A DNA stretch of 64,000 nucleotides from an uncultured archaeon (GTDB lineage: Archaea; Nanohalarchaeota; Nanosalinia; Nanosalinales; Nanosalinaceae), in assembly GCA_964421955.1 (NCBI GenBank), contig CAYQYU010000003.1, forward strand, positions 12,377 through 76,376, given 5' to 3'. Position 1 is the first letter of the stretch; the number at the start of each line of letters is the position of its first letter. The notes below the pieces were generated by a model. It saw nothing but the letters and a program-made list of their open reading frames with translations, made no database searches and had not been told where the DNA came from. Position numbers and translations under genes: made by a program. Positions 31,396-40,908 of the stretch are shown here, piece after piece.

Positions 31396-32573
31396 AGATA
31401 GTTTATCCAGCCGTAGACCGCGAGCACCAGGAGCATCCCTGCGATACCCGCGGCCGCGAGGAAGGAAGCGTTCAGGGACCAGATCGCGGCAACGGTACCT
31501 GCGATCACAGGTCCGAGGGTCTGGCCGGCGTGCTTGACGAACTCGAGGAATCCCGTGAGTTCTGACTCGATGTCTTCCGGCGCCGCCTCGTCGAACAGGG
31601 CGTGTAGAGGCGGCGACATGCCCGCGGAAAATAGCCGGGCGATGAAGAAAAGTATTCCTACCAGCGCTATGTCGGTGACGAAGTTCATCGATACAAGAAC
31701 CGGCGCCAGCAAGAGGGAAAGCAACGCTACGGTCTTGTGCTTTCCTATCCTGTCGGCGATATCGCCGAACACGAACTGGAAAGCCTTTGGGAGCGCGGCA
31801 GCACCGAATATGACCCCCATCATTGTGAAGTCAGCACCTATTTCGTTCAGGAGCAGGGGTATCGCGAGCCAGTAGAACGAGAAAATCACGGAGTAGAGGA
31901 AGATCAGGCTGAAAGGGAACCTCAGCTCCGACCAGTTATCCCGTAGATGCTCCCAGTCATCCACGTAGGTTCTACGGTGGAAGAGATCTTCGAGAGAATC
32001 CACGAAGCCGCGCCTGCCCTCAAGACCTATGTAGCTCAGGAACACCGTAACCGCGAGCGCGGAAGAGAATATCCAGAACCAGAAAGGCAGGTGCCAGCCG
32101 TAGGAGGCAATCATGTAACCACCGATTACCGGCCCCACTATTATCCCCAGGTTGGTGCCGAGCAGGAAGACAGAGACCGCCTCGGATTCAACGTCGCTAT
32201 CCGCACTTTTGAGAGATACGCTCCAGCCACCATTCCATATCAGGACCTTCGACAGACCCTCTGTGGCCTTGGCAGCCACTATCAGTACTGGCGTTGCGGC
32301 CAGGTACATGAATGCGGGAAGAGCGAATATCGCGAGCCCACTGAATATAACCGCCTTCTCGCCCGCGCGCTGGACAAGGTTGCCCGCGGGAATATCAAGT
32401 AAAACAGGTATGGCGGCGGGAAGCGACGTCACTACCCCGACCAGAAAGACAGAGGCGATGTGCTGTTCAATATAGATAGGTAGAAAGTTCCAGACCGTTG
32501 AGCGGCCAATCCATGCCAGGAAAAATACCAGTGACAGGTATTTCGATATCGCGGGTATCCTGTCGAGTTCCAC
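31392..32573 (-). CDS. MFS transporter
   Basis: About 12 TM, GDIADRIGK motif A. Confidence 0.9.
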   Translation of the reverse strand: MELDRIPAISKYLSLVFFLAWIGRSTVWNFLPIYIEQHIASVFLVGVVTSLPAAIPVLLDIPAGNLVQRAGEKAVIFSGLAIFALPAFMYLAATPVLIVAAKATEGLSKVLIWNGGWSVSLKSADSDVESEAVSVFLLGTNLGIIVGPVIGGYMIASYGWHLPFWFWIFSSALAVTVFLSYIGLEGRRGFVDSLEDLFHRRTYVDDWEHLRDNWSELRFPFSLIFLYSVIFSFYWLAIPLLLNEIGADFTMMGVIFGAAALPKAFQFVFGDIADRIGKHKTVALLSLLLAPVLVSMNFVTDIALVGILFFIARLFSAGMSPPLHALFDEAAPEDIESELTGFLEFVKHAGQTLGPVIAGTVAAIWSLNASFLAAAGIAGMLLVLAVYGWINYL

Positions 32574-32670
32574 CGAACTTCACAAATTTCGATCATATGT
32601 GCCGCGTTACGCCTGCGGCTCCAGCAACTTTCAGGTTTTCCTCCGTAGAATCCATGTACTTTTTCGGGGT

Positions 32671-32883
32671 TCAGTAGGTTATAAACTTCCCGCTGTCCTG
32701 GACTTCCTCAAGCTCTTTCTCCTTTTCTCGCTCCTTCTGCTTCTGTATAAACTCCTTCTTGGCCTCTTCCTTGAGCTTCTGGAAGCGCTCCTCTGCCTCA
32801 CTGTTCTCCGTGCCTGCCTGCTCCTTCTTCAGCTTCTCGTACCGGTCGCTTGAGGACTCGTTTTCAGGTTCAAGCTCTCTCAT
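32671..32883 (-). CDS. Small charged hypothetical protein
   Basis: E/K-rich 70-aa ORF overlapping the upstream ORF. Confidence 0.55.
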   Translation of the reverse strand: MRELEPENESSSDRYEKLKKEQAGTENSEAEERFQKLKEEAKKEFIQKQKEREKEKELEEVQDSGKFITY

Positions 32884-33097
32884 GTTTCTTCCCCACGAAA
32901 GGTAGGTACCTGGAGACAGTTATTAGTTTCCCTATCTTCTCCGAGGTGCGTTCTATCGATTCCGCAGATCTCTCCACGGACTGGACAAGTTTGTCCAGGT
33001 TTCTCAGGATCAGGACCAGGTATATCAGCAGTCCCAGAAAAAGCAGTTTGAGTATCACGTCAAGGACCTGGTTCAGTAACGTGAGAGTGATCACCAT
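32870..33097 (-). CDS. Small single-TM protein
   Basis: Hydrophobic N-terminus and short coiled coil. Confidence 0.6.
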   Translation of the reverse strand: MVITLTLLNQVLDVILKLLFLGLLIYLVLILRNLDKLVQSVERSAESIERTSEKIGKLITVSRYLPFVGKKHERA

Positions 33098-33183
33098 AAC
33101 CCTGTATAGACGGTCTCGAGTTTTATACCTGAGGGTCCGAGAAAGGCTTTTAAGCCTCTAAACCGAATTTTTCAAGTGATAAC

Positions 33184-33525
33184 ATGGTACAAGTTCCAGA
33201 AGACGTTGAAATTGCAGACCTTCCCTTCACCCATGCACGGATCAAAAGAATGGTTAGAGATGAGGCTTCAGAGGGCCAGTACGTCCGTTCAAATGTTTAC
33301 TACGGCCTGAACCTCTTGCTCGGCGAGATCGCGGAGGAAATCATCGACAGGATGATGGACACCGAAGCCGCGTACGTGGAAAAACACGACCTCGACAGGG
33401 CGGCGAGGAAGTACGAGAAGGTCGAGAACATCATCAAGGAGAAGGAACGTGTAGTAAGGAAGCTAGAGGCGCTGAGCGCGGACATCGAGAGACTTTCCCG
33501 AGAGGTAGAGCAGGCAGACCACTGA
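33184..33525 (+). CDS. Histone-fold protein with C-terminal coiled coil
   Basis: LPFTHARIKRMVR...YVEKHDLDRA parallels HMf LPIAPIGRIIK...TIKAEDIELA; heptad tail. Confidence 0.7.
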   Translation: MVQVPEDVEIADLPFTHARIKRMVRDEASEGQYVRSNVYYGLNLLLGEIAEEIIDRMMDTEAAYVEKHDLDRAARKYEKVENIIKEKERVVRKLEALSADIERLSREVEQADH

Positions 33526-33595
33526 CCTGTTCCCTCACCTGTATTCTTTCTTCTCCCCATCTACTTTTTGAAGCTTTATAACACCGCTATAATCT

Positions 33596-33937
33596 ATGAG
33601 ATTCGAGGCCGAGGTTATAGCCGAAGACTTGCTGCCCGCGGTCAGAAGCATTCTCGCATCAAGGCTCCACGACGACTACGGCTTCACGCAGGAGGAGATA
33701 GCGGCGAGGCTAGAAATTACACAGCCAGCGGTTTCACAGTACCTTGGACAGACCCGGGCAGATCAGGAAGTAATCGAGAAGCTGCAGGACGACCCGCAGG
33801 TCGATATTTTACTCGACGACATCACCTCGCTCGTGGCGAAGGATAAAGACTTCGCGAACGAGATCGGCCAGCTGATCGATACTGTTAGAGACAAGGGAAT
33901 CCTGAAGGAACGGTTTGAAGGCACGAGAAAGATCTAG
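33596..33937 (+). CDS. XRE-type HTH transcription regulator (COG2522-like)
   Basis: LLPAVRS, FTQEEIAARLEITQPAVSQYL. Confidence 0.88.
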   Translation: MRFEAEVIAEDLLPAVRSILASRLHDDYGFTQEEIAARLEITQPAVSQYLGQTRADQEVIEKLQDDPQVDILLDDITSLVAKDKDFANEIGQLIDTVRDKGILKERFEGTRKI

Positions 33938-35982
33938 TAATCCTTGAAGCCGTCCCACTCGAACTCTTCGGCCTCCTCTTCACCGGTCATTGTCCTGATC
34001 CTTGCCATAATATCGTCGAGGCCCCGGATATCTATGTCCGAGTCAAAGAACTTGTCGAGATCCAGATTGTAATCATCGCTCCAGTATAGGAAGCCACCGA
34101 CACCGCCAATTACAACCACGAACAGGCCGAAGCCTATCATCACCATTCTCCTGAGGTCTCGCCTGCTGTCGATCTTCTTTACATTTTCAAACGACTTCTC
34201 CGCGGCGCTGTAGTCCGCATCGATACCTTCAAGTGCTGAGGAAATCCTGTAGTATTCGCCGCTGTCACGCGCCTTCTGTGCATCTTCAACCTTCTGTTTA
34301 AAGCTTGAGAAGTTGGACTCAAAGCGCTGTTTAAGGTCGTCGCCCCAGCCATCCTTGTTGCTGGAAAAATCGCTCTGGAGCTTGCTAAGCTTCTCCTCGT
34401 ACGTGGAGAGGTTTGCCTCAAGCTCCTGCTGCTGGTCCTGGTTCGCCTCGACCACAAGCGGGAAGCTCTTGGAGATCTCCGGGTAGGAGAGTGATACGGT
34501 AACATCGTATTCTCCGAGGTCCCCGTCATCGGTCTCTACCCCGAATCCCAGGGTCAAAGTATCTCCCGGCTCCATGTCGCTGACCTTCGAGGAGTCAGAA
34601 ACAACTCCTTCCGCCGCGACGCTCAGGTTGGTCTCGTCGATGAAGATATCGCCGGTGTTCTCAAGTGTCACGTCAAAGCTCTCGGAGTCGCCCGCAGTGA
34701 CAGAAAGATTTGAGGGCGGCGCCAGGCTTATCTCGGGCGTCGCATCCGGATCATAGGTGAAATCTATCGTCTCTGGATCACTCCATCTACCCGCGTTGTC
34801 CTTTGCACGTATGTATATTGTCTGCTCGCCCTCATCAAGGCCAGAAACGCTGGCCGAGAATTCGCCCTCGCTGTCGCTAACGTTCACCGTGTTACCGTCT
34901 CCTTCGTCTACTGAGGATTCGTAGAAGTATTCCAGTTTATCAATACCTGAAACGTCGGTGGCGGTAAACTCTACGGGGAAGTCACTGTTTACAGTACTTC
35001 CTGGTATAGAAAGGTCGAAAAGGGATGGCGGGCTGCCGTCGAAGAAGTAGGTCTCAGTATCGCTTTCCTTGCAGTTGCCGGCCTGGTCACACATTTCAAC
35101 GTAAATATCGGTCTCTGTGTCCGAGTAGTCATCGCCGTCTACTTCACAGGTGAAAGTGGTGTCGCCGCTGACCGACTGCGTCTCAGAGTCAATCTCATCG
35201 TCATTCCCATCGTAACACGTAACAGTTATGTCCGAACCCTCGTCCTCCTCACTCAGCTCGACCTCGAAATCGTACTCGTCGTCCTCGTCAAGCAGGATGT
35301 ACTCCTCATCAGGAAGATCAGGTGAAGTGTCGCCGTCGTAAGAGGTGTCGACAGTGAAGTCCCAGGAACCTGTCTTCTTGTTCCCGGCCTTGTCAAATAT
35401 GCTGTAATCAACAGTATAGGTTTCATCGTTCAGGTCTTCAAGATCCAGGCTCTCGCCGACGGTCGAGTCCTCATTATCGTCTTCCGAATCCGTCACATTC
35501 AGGAAAGTGTAGTTGACCCCTGCGTCACCGTTATCAGAGGTGTCGACAGAAACCGTCGGATCGGTCTCTGAGGTGTACCCTGTAGGGGATTTGGAATCCA
35601 GCTGTGGCTTCTGGGTGTCGAAAACTACGTCGGTTATCTCAGCGCTTCCATCGGAGTTGTTGGCTTTAAAATCATAAGTACCGTCTCCCTTGCTGGTTGT
35701 CTCGTAGGTGTAGAAGTTGTTCGTACCCGAGGTTTCGTTGCTCAGGGAGGTGTAGTTCGATTCATCCGAGTTCTTTATCCAGAAATGAACGTATCCGGCG
35801 GTGCTCTCGGTCACGTTTAATGTAACGTCGTTGGTTCCGAATATCTGGCCATCGGAGCTCGGGTTGTTCCAGCTCGGCGAGGCCGCCGAAAACCCGGCTA
35901 CAAGGACTGCGGTTGTGGCCAGTAGAAGTACTTTAAAAACCGTGTTTCTTCTTTTCGAGAACACTGTGAAGCAATTCCTCAC
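33934..35982 (-). CDS. Secreted, membrane-anchored acidic surface glycoprotein (Ig-like repeats, CARDB-like domain, coiled coil, C-terminal TM)
   Basis: Signal peptide, repeated D(K/Q/N)AG(N/R) turns, LENTG, many NxS/T sequons. Confidence 0.8.
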   Translation of the reverse strand: MRNCFTVFSKRRNTVFKVLLLATTAVLVAGFSAASPSWNNPSSDGQIFGTNDVTLNVTESTAGYVHFWIKNSDESNYTSLSNETSGTNNFYTYETTSKGDGTYDFKANNSDGSAEITDVVFDTQKPQLDSKSPTGYTSETDPTVSVDTSDNGDAGVNYTFLNVTDSEDDNEDSTVGESLDLEDLNDETYTVDYSIFDKAGNKKTGSWDFTVDTSYDGDTSPDLPDEEYILLDEDDEYDFEVELSEEDEGSDITVTCYDGNDDEIDSETQSVSGDTTFTCEVDGDDYSDTETDIYVEMCDQAGNCKESDTETYFFDGSPPSLFDLSIPGSTVNSDFPVEFTATDVSGIDKLEYFYESSVDEGDGNTVNVSDSEGEFSASVSGLDEGEQTIYIRAKDNAGRWSDPETIDFTYDPDATPEISLAPPSNLSVTAGDSESFDVTLENTGDIFIDETNLSVAAEGVVSDSSKVSDMEPGDTLTLGFGVETDDGDLGEYDVTVSLSYPEISKSFPLVVEANQDQQQELEANLSTYEEKLSKLQSDFSSNKDGWGDDLKQRFESNFSSFKQKVEDAQKARDSGEYYRISSALEGIDADYSAAEKSFENVKKIDSRRDLRRMVMIGFGLFVVVIGGVGGFLYWSDDYNLDLDKFFDSDIDIRGLDDIMARIRTMTGEEEAEEFEWDGFKDY

Positions 35983-36019
35983 ATATGTTTAAGTAAATTT
36001 AACGGATGGTTGTGTTTCA

Positions 36020-36514
36020 ATGGATTCAAAAGAGTATTCAGGAGCTTCAGGCACGAGAGTTCTCGACGTGGGTGTCGGCGATTACCGGGTTGCGGACGAC
36101 GGTTACAGCGTTCTGGAGACGGGTGATGTTTTCACCTGTGTCGCGGTCGGGCTCTACGACAAGGCGACAGGTAGCCGGGGCCTGGTGCACGCAAGAACTC
36201 CTGGAGAGGACGTGGACGGTGTAAACAGGCTGCTTGGCGAGATGGCCGAGGAACTTCCTCCTGGAGAAAGCTGGCAGGCATATGTCGTGGGCGGGGGATA
36301 CGATCCGGACTGTCCGCGTCTGGGCATGAGCAACGGGAATAGCGCGAAGTCATGGCTGGAAGAGTTCGGCGTTGAAGACGTAGAACTTGAGACCGGTGGA
36401 GAGCTTAAACGCGACGTCCGGCTTCTACCGTCGGGAGAAGTCGAGATTGACGAGACAGGTATGTCCCAGTTTAACCGCAGAAACACTGGAAACGGAAGAA
36501 GGTCCCGTATCTAG
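36020..36514 (+). CDS. CheD-like glutamine deamidase
   Basis: VGVGDYRV, TCVAVGLYD, GLVH, VVGGG, ETGG...RDV. Confidence 0.7.
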   Translation: MDSKEYSGASGTRVLDVGVGDYRVADDGYSVLETGDVFTCVAVGLYDKATGSRGLVHARTPGEDVDGVNRLLGEMAEELPPGESWQAYVVGGGYDPDCPRLGMSNGNSAKSWLEEFGVEDVELETGGELKRDVRLLPSGEVEIDETGMSQFNRRNTGNGRRSRI

Positions 36515-36807
36515 TCATCTGCAGGTACGTATTCTGGCTCAACATCTGCAATCATTTCTTCCTCCCTGCTCCTTCTCTCTCTTTCTCTCGCGGCGTAGTA
36601 CCCGTCAAGCATCTTGAAAGGATCGAAGCCGCTGTCCTCTTCCAGTCTTTCCTCCAGTTCGGCCTTTGTGCTCGTTCTTGCCTTCGACTCGAGTATTCGG
36701 TGCACGGCGTATGCCGGAACAGTACTTACCACAGCTCCTGCCGTTGCGGCCAGGTATCCCGGGTTGTCGGCCAGTATCTGGCCGGTTCTGTAAACTATGT
36801 CTTCCAT
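36511..36807 (-). CDS. Hypothetical protein
   Basis: 98-aa ORF with SD GGAG; no recognised motif. Confidence 0.55.
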   Translation of the reverse strand: MEDIVYRTGQILADNPGYLAATAGAVVSTVPAYAVHRILESKARTSTKAELEERLEEDSGFDPFKMLDGYYAARERERRSREEEMIADVEPEYVPADD

Positions 36808-36849
36808 AGCAATCTCCCAATAGAGAAGAAATTTTTATTAGGTTACATT

Positions 36850-37509
36850 TTATTGCTTCTGGAAGAATTCGTCGAGCTGCTCCTTGTCATCGCTCGGCCC
36901 TATAATCACAAGCTGGTCTCCCTCGTCTATCCGTATGTTCAGGTCGCCAGTGAGAACCTTATCGGGCTGGATCACCGCGGCTATCTTGAAGTGGTCAGGG
37001 AAGCTCTTTTCTTCTTGGAGTTCGGTCACCGTAGAGCCTACAAGGCCGGATTCCTCCTTTATAGAGGCCTTCAGAACCTCGCGCTCGCTGGAAAGGTTGG
37101 CTAGCTTGACCAGATACGGGTGTTCAACCGTTGACAGGAACTCGCTTATCAGCAGGTCTGTGTGCCCTATGGTCTCCGCGCCTATAACCTCGAACGCGTC
37201 GTAGTACTCATCGTCCTCGACACGGGATACGACCTTTGGAACACCATACTTCTTCCCGAGAGAGCAGATAACCATGTTCTCGTTGTCGTCCTTCGAGGTC
37301 GAGATCAAGACGTCCGCCTCGGTGATGCCTGCATCCTCCAGCGCGGATAACGCGGTAGGTGAACGGTTGATGACCGTTGCGCCCGAGGATGAGTACAGCC
37401 GTTTGCACTTGTCCTCGTCATCATCGATGATCACAACGTCGTGACGGTCCTCAAGCTGTTCTACAAGTCTCCTCGACAGGGTGTTGATATCCGCTATTAC
37501 TACGTACAT
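36850..37509 (-). CDS. trkA: TrkA-family potassium uptake regulatory subunit
   Basis: RCK-N (LEDAGITEADVLI..DDNEN) and RCK-C; the GxGxxG motif is degenerate. Confidence 0.85.
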   Translation of the reverse strand: MYVVIADINTLSRRLVEQLEDRHDVVIIDDDEDKCKRLYSSSGATVINRSPTALSALEDAGITEADVLISTSKDDNENMVICSLGKKYGVPKVVSRVEDDEYYDAFEVIGAETIGHTDLLISEFLSTVEHPYLVKLANLSSEREVLKASIKEESGLVGSTVTELQEEKSFPDHFKIAAVIQPDKVLTGDLNIRIDEGDQLVIIGPSDDKEQLDEFFQKQ

Positions 37510-37510
37510 C

Positions 37511-38947
37511 CTAAGAAGAATCTTTGAACAGGTCGCTATTAAATATTGCCAGAACGGGCAGCATCTCCAGCCTTCCCGCCAGCATTCCGATAACCCACGC
37601 GACCTTTATCAGAGGCGAGATAGACACCATCTCCTCGCCCTGAATGTAGACAGGACCCATGTTGCCGATAGAGGAGACGCTCCCGGAGAGCGCGGCCATC
37701 ACATTCATGTCTGACAGCATCAGCGTCCAGAGGGTCAGGACAAAGGTGAAGGCGACCCAGGTGAAGAAAAGTACTGCGATTGTCTGGACAGTCGACCGCT
37801 CCAGTATCTCCCCATCGATTTTGACCTCGTTGATCGCGGTCTCCGGCAGAGAGTAAGCACGTATCCGGACTTTCAGAAGCTCTATAAGCGTCTTCAGTCG
37901 GAATATCTTGAGACCTCCTGACGTAGAACCCAGTGAACCCCCGACAAACATTATTCCTATGAATGCGGCCTGTAGCGCGACCGAGAGAGACATAAGCGAC
38001 ATGGTGGCGTAACCGGCCGAGGAGATTACCGCGGCAGACTGGAAGGTGGAGTCCACCAGAACGCTCTTCAAACTGTGACCGCTCATGAAAAGTTCTATCC
38101 CGGTCAGGATCGCCATCAGACCAAAGATCTGGGCATACATCTTGAACTCGGAGTTACCTATCAGCGAACTGACATCGGTCCGGAGAACACGGTAAAGCAG
38201 CACGAAGTTGACTCCTGCAAGAAACATGAAGAACGTCGTAGCAACCGTTATAGCGGTCGAATCAAAACCTCCTATGCTCGCAGCCATTGTCGAAAAACCT
38301 CCCGTCGATATCGCCGAAAAGGCGTGTAGTATTGCGTTGAAAGGAGTCATGCCCAGAGCCACATAGGTGCCAATTATTACCGCAGTCAGGAAGCCATAGA
38401 CCTTCCAGAGTGCGAAAATCGACTTTGTGAGCGACGGTCTTATCGACCCGGAATCCGTCTTGTGGGCTTCTGCCGAGAAAAGTCTTCTCGAGACGCCGCC
38501 GGATTCACGGATAACCGCGATAAAGAATGTCAGTATGCCAAGACCTCCTATCCACTGCATGAAGGACCGCCAGAAAAGCAGTGAGCGCGGGAGATTTTCG
38601 GGCGCCAGGAACATCGAGATACCGGTAGTGGTCAGGCCAGCGGCCGACTCGAAGATCGCGTCCACGAGAACCATCTCCGTGAGTAATGGTATCGAACCAA
38701 AGATCAAAGCCAGTATCCACCCGAGAACCGTCGCGAACATGGCCTCCTTGACCGTGGGAGATCCTTTATCAACACCCATCTTGATTGCGTGGCCAAGCAC
38801 AAGACAAGATATAGATGCCACTATGAACCCGGACATGTAGAATATCGACTCCCTGTAGTAGACTGCGACGAGCAGGGGTAGGGCGATGGTGAACGCGAAT
38901 ACCTGGAGGAAGCTGCCTACAAACCGGAGAATAACCGGGCTACGCAT
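37511..38947 (-). CDS. trkH: TrkH potassium uptake membrane protein
   Basis: FESAAGLTTTG, QWIGGLG, STGGFS, GSTSGGLK, GRLE; true start MRSP at 38947. Confidence 0.95.
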   Translation of the reverse strand: MRSPVILRFVGSFLQVFAFTIALPLLVAVYYRESIFYMSGFIVASISCLVLGHAIKMGVDKGSPTVKEAMFATVLGWILALIFGSIPLLTEMVLVDAIFESAAGLTTTGISMFLAPENLPRSLLFWRSFMQWIGGLGILTFFIAVIRESGGVSRRLFSAEAHKTDSGSIRPSLTKSIFALWKVYGFLTAVIIGTYVALGMTPFNAILHAFSAISTGGFSTMAASIGGFDSTAITVATTFFMFLAGVNFVLLYRVLRTDVSSLIGNSEFKMYAQIFGLMAILTGIELFMSGHSLKSVLVDSTFQSAAVISSAGYATMSLMSLSVALQAAFIGIMFVGGSLGSTSGGLKIFRLKTLIELLKVRIRAYSLPETAINEVKIDGEILERSTVQTIAVLFFTWVAFTFVLTLWTLMLSDMNVMAALSGSVSSIGNMGPVYIQGEEMVSISPLIKVAWVIGMLAGRLEMLPVLAIFNSDLFKDSS

Positions 38948-39043
38948 GTATTCGAAGTTCCGGCTGCGGGAATAAAAAGCTCTCCAATTAAAAAAGTTTC
39001 TCGCCAAGACTAGGATGCTCGGGCAACTGAGCGGTGATTCATA

Positions 39044-39418
39044 ATGCAAGTTACTATCGGAACACAGGATGGCGAAACCTTCCAGACAGAACTGGAAGAC
39101 TCTTCTCAACTCACAGGAAAGAAAATAGGGGAAACCTTTGACGGCGGAATCATAGGCCTCAGCGGATACGAGCTGGAGATTACCGGTGGCAGCGACAGGC
39201 AGGGATTTCCCATGAGGAAGAGTATAGAAGGTACTGCCCGGAGAAAAGTGCTGCTCGAGGAAGGCTCTGGCACCCGGGAAAAGGAGCAGGGAATGAGGCG
39301 CAGGAAATCCGTGCGCGGAAACACTGTTTCGGACGAGATACAGCAGCTCAACACCACTGTAGCGGAAAAAGGCAGCAAATCCGTGGAAGACCTTCTTGGT
39401 GAAGAAGAGGAAGAATAA
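39044..39418 (+). CDS. rps6e: 30S ribosomal protein S6e
   Basis: LEITGGSDRQGFPM, RRRKSVRGN. Confidence 0.96.
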   Translation: MQVTIGTQDGETFQTELEDSSQLTGKKIGETFDGGIIGLSGYELEITGGSDRQGFPMRKSIEGTARRKVLLEEGSGTREKEQGMRRRKSVRGNTVSDEIQQLNTTVAEKGSKSVEDLLGEEEEE

Positions 39419-39651
39419 TGCCGCATTCCCGCAGAAACAGCGGATCCAGCAGGAACTACTACGGAACGACCAGTATGAAATTCTACATGTGGGCAAAGAG
39501 ACAGTCGAGGAAAAAGGACAAGATAGTTGATCAGATAGGCCAGTGCTACGGAACCGCAAGTGACAGAGCCCATTCACTGGCGGGGGACATCGGCAGTAAA
39601 CTCGGGGACAAAACGGATATTGGGGAATTGCTCTCAGGGCAGGAAAAATAA
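39418..39651 (+). CDS. Small hypothetical protein coupled between rps6e and aIF2g
   Basis: TAATG overlap upstream; stop 1 nt before the aIF2g ATG. Confidence 0.55.
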   Translation: MPHSRRNSGSSRNYYGTTSMKFYMWAKRQSRKKDKIVDQIGQCYGTASDRAHSLAGDIGSKLGDKTDIGELLSGQEK

Positions 39652-39652
39652 G

Positions 39653-40840
39653 ATGACCGAAGGAATACCAGAGGCAAACATCGGGCTTGTAGGCCATGTC
39701 GACCACGGGAAGACCACGCTCACACAGGCACTTTCGGGTAAGTGGACTGACGAGCACTCGGAAGAGTTGAGAAAGGGGATCACGATAAGGATAGGATACG
39801 CCGATATAACATACTATGACGATGACGGGGACCTCAATGTTGATGGAGACGGCGACGAGGTTAGGACCGTCTCGCTTGTAGACGCACCGGGCCATGAGAC
39901 CCTGATGGCAAACGTCCTCTCGGGCGCGGCAATAATGGACGGCGCCATACTTTTGATCGCGGCGGACGAGGACTGTCCGCAACCCCAGACACGGGAACAC
40001 CTAGCTGCGCTGGACATCGCTGGCGTTGAAAATATTGTGATTGCCCAGAACAAGATTGACCTTGTCGACGAGGATCAGGTGCGTGAAAACCACGAGCAGA
40101 TACAGGAGTTTGTATCCGGAACAGTCGCGGAAGAAGCACCCGTAATACCGATATCTGCACAGCACGGCGTCAACATCGATGCACTGCTCGAAGCCGTAGA
40201 CGATGAAATACCCACGCCGGAGAGAGATTCTGAAGAGGAGCCAAGGATGCTTGTCGCCCGGTCATTCGACATCAACAAGCCCGGGACCTCCCCTGAAGAT
40301 ATCAGAGGCGGAGTAGTAGGGGGTAGCCTTATCCAGGGAGAGATAGAGGAAGGCGATGAAATCGAGCTCAGACCCGGTCCACGTATCGACAAGGAGTGGG
40401 AGCCTGTAGTCACGACAGTCGAGGGCATCATGCAGGGTTCAAAAGCCGCGGATAAAGGCACACCGGGAGGACTGCTTGCAATCGAAACCTCTCTGGATCC
40501 GTCTCTTGCAAAGTCGGACGGCCTCTCTGGCAACGTCCTCGGCAGGAAGGACGAACTTCCAGAGGTGACCCAGACAATAGAGATCGAGGTAGACCTCATG
40601 GACCGACTGGTCGGCGCGGAAGACGAACAGGAGATCGAGAACATAAAGGAAAACGAGGCCCTGATGCTAAATGTCGGGACCGGAAAGTCCGCAGGAATCG
40701 TCACACAGGCAGGGAAGAATGTCCGCCTGGACCTGAAAGTGCCAGTGTGTGCAGAAGAAGATGATCGAGTCGCAATATCGCGCCAGATAGGCTCTCGATG
40801 GCGTTTAATCGGTCATGGGAAGATAAGCTCGCTTGAATAA
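39653..40840 (+). CDS. eif2g: Translation initiation factor aIF2 gamma
   Basis: GHVDHGKT, GITIRIGYA, DAPGHE, QNKID, RWRLIG. Confidence 0.97.
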   Translation: MTEGIPEANIGLVGHVDHGKTTLTQALSGKWTDEHSEELRKGITIRIGYADITYYDDDGDLNVDGDGDEVRTVSLVDAPGHETLMANVLSGAAIMDGAILLIAADEDCPQPQTREHLAALDIAGVENIVIAQNKIDLVDEDQVRENHEQIQEFVSGTVAEEAPVIPISAQHGVNIDALLEAVDDEIPTPERDSEEEPRMLVARSFDINKPGTSPEDIRGGVVGGSLIQGEIEEGDEIELRPGPRIDKEWEPVVTTVEGIMQGSKAADKGTPGGLLAIETSLDPSLAKSDGLSGNVLGRKDELPEVTQTIEIEVDLMDRLVGAEDEQEIENIKENEALMLNVGTGKSAGIVTQAGKNVRLDLKVPVCAEEDDRVAISRQIGSRWRLIGHGKISSLE

Positions 40841-40908
40841 GCCCCCTCATTTTTAAAGCCGAGTACCGTGATTACAACTTACTGTAACACCATCCGGTGG
40901 ACCCTCAC

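Noticed and set aside
38948-40000. 829-aa minus-strand ORF suggesting a long N-terminal extension or fusion on TrkH
   Set aside because: The extension is the antisense shadow of rps6e and aIF2g; TrkH homology begins at ATG 38947.
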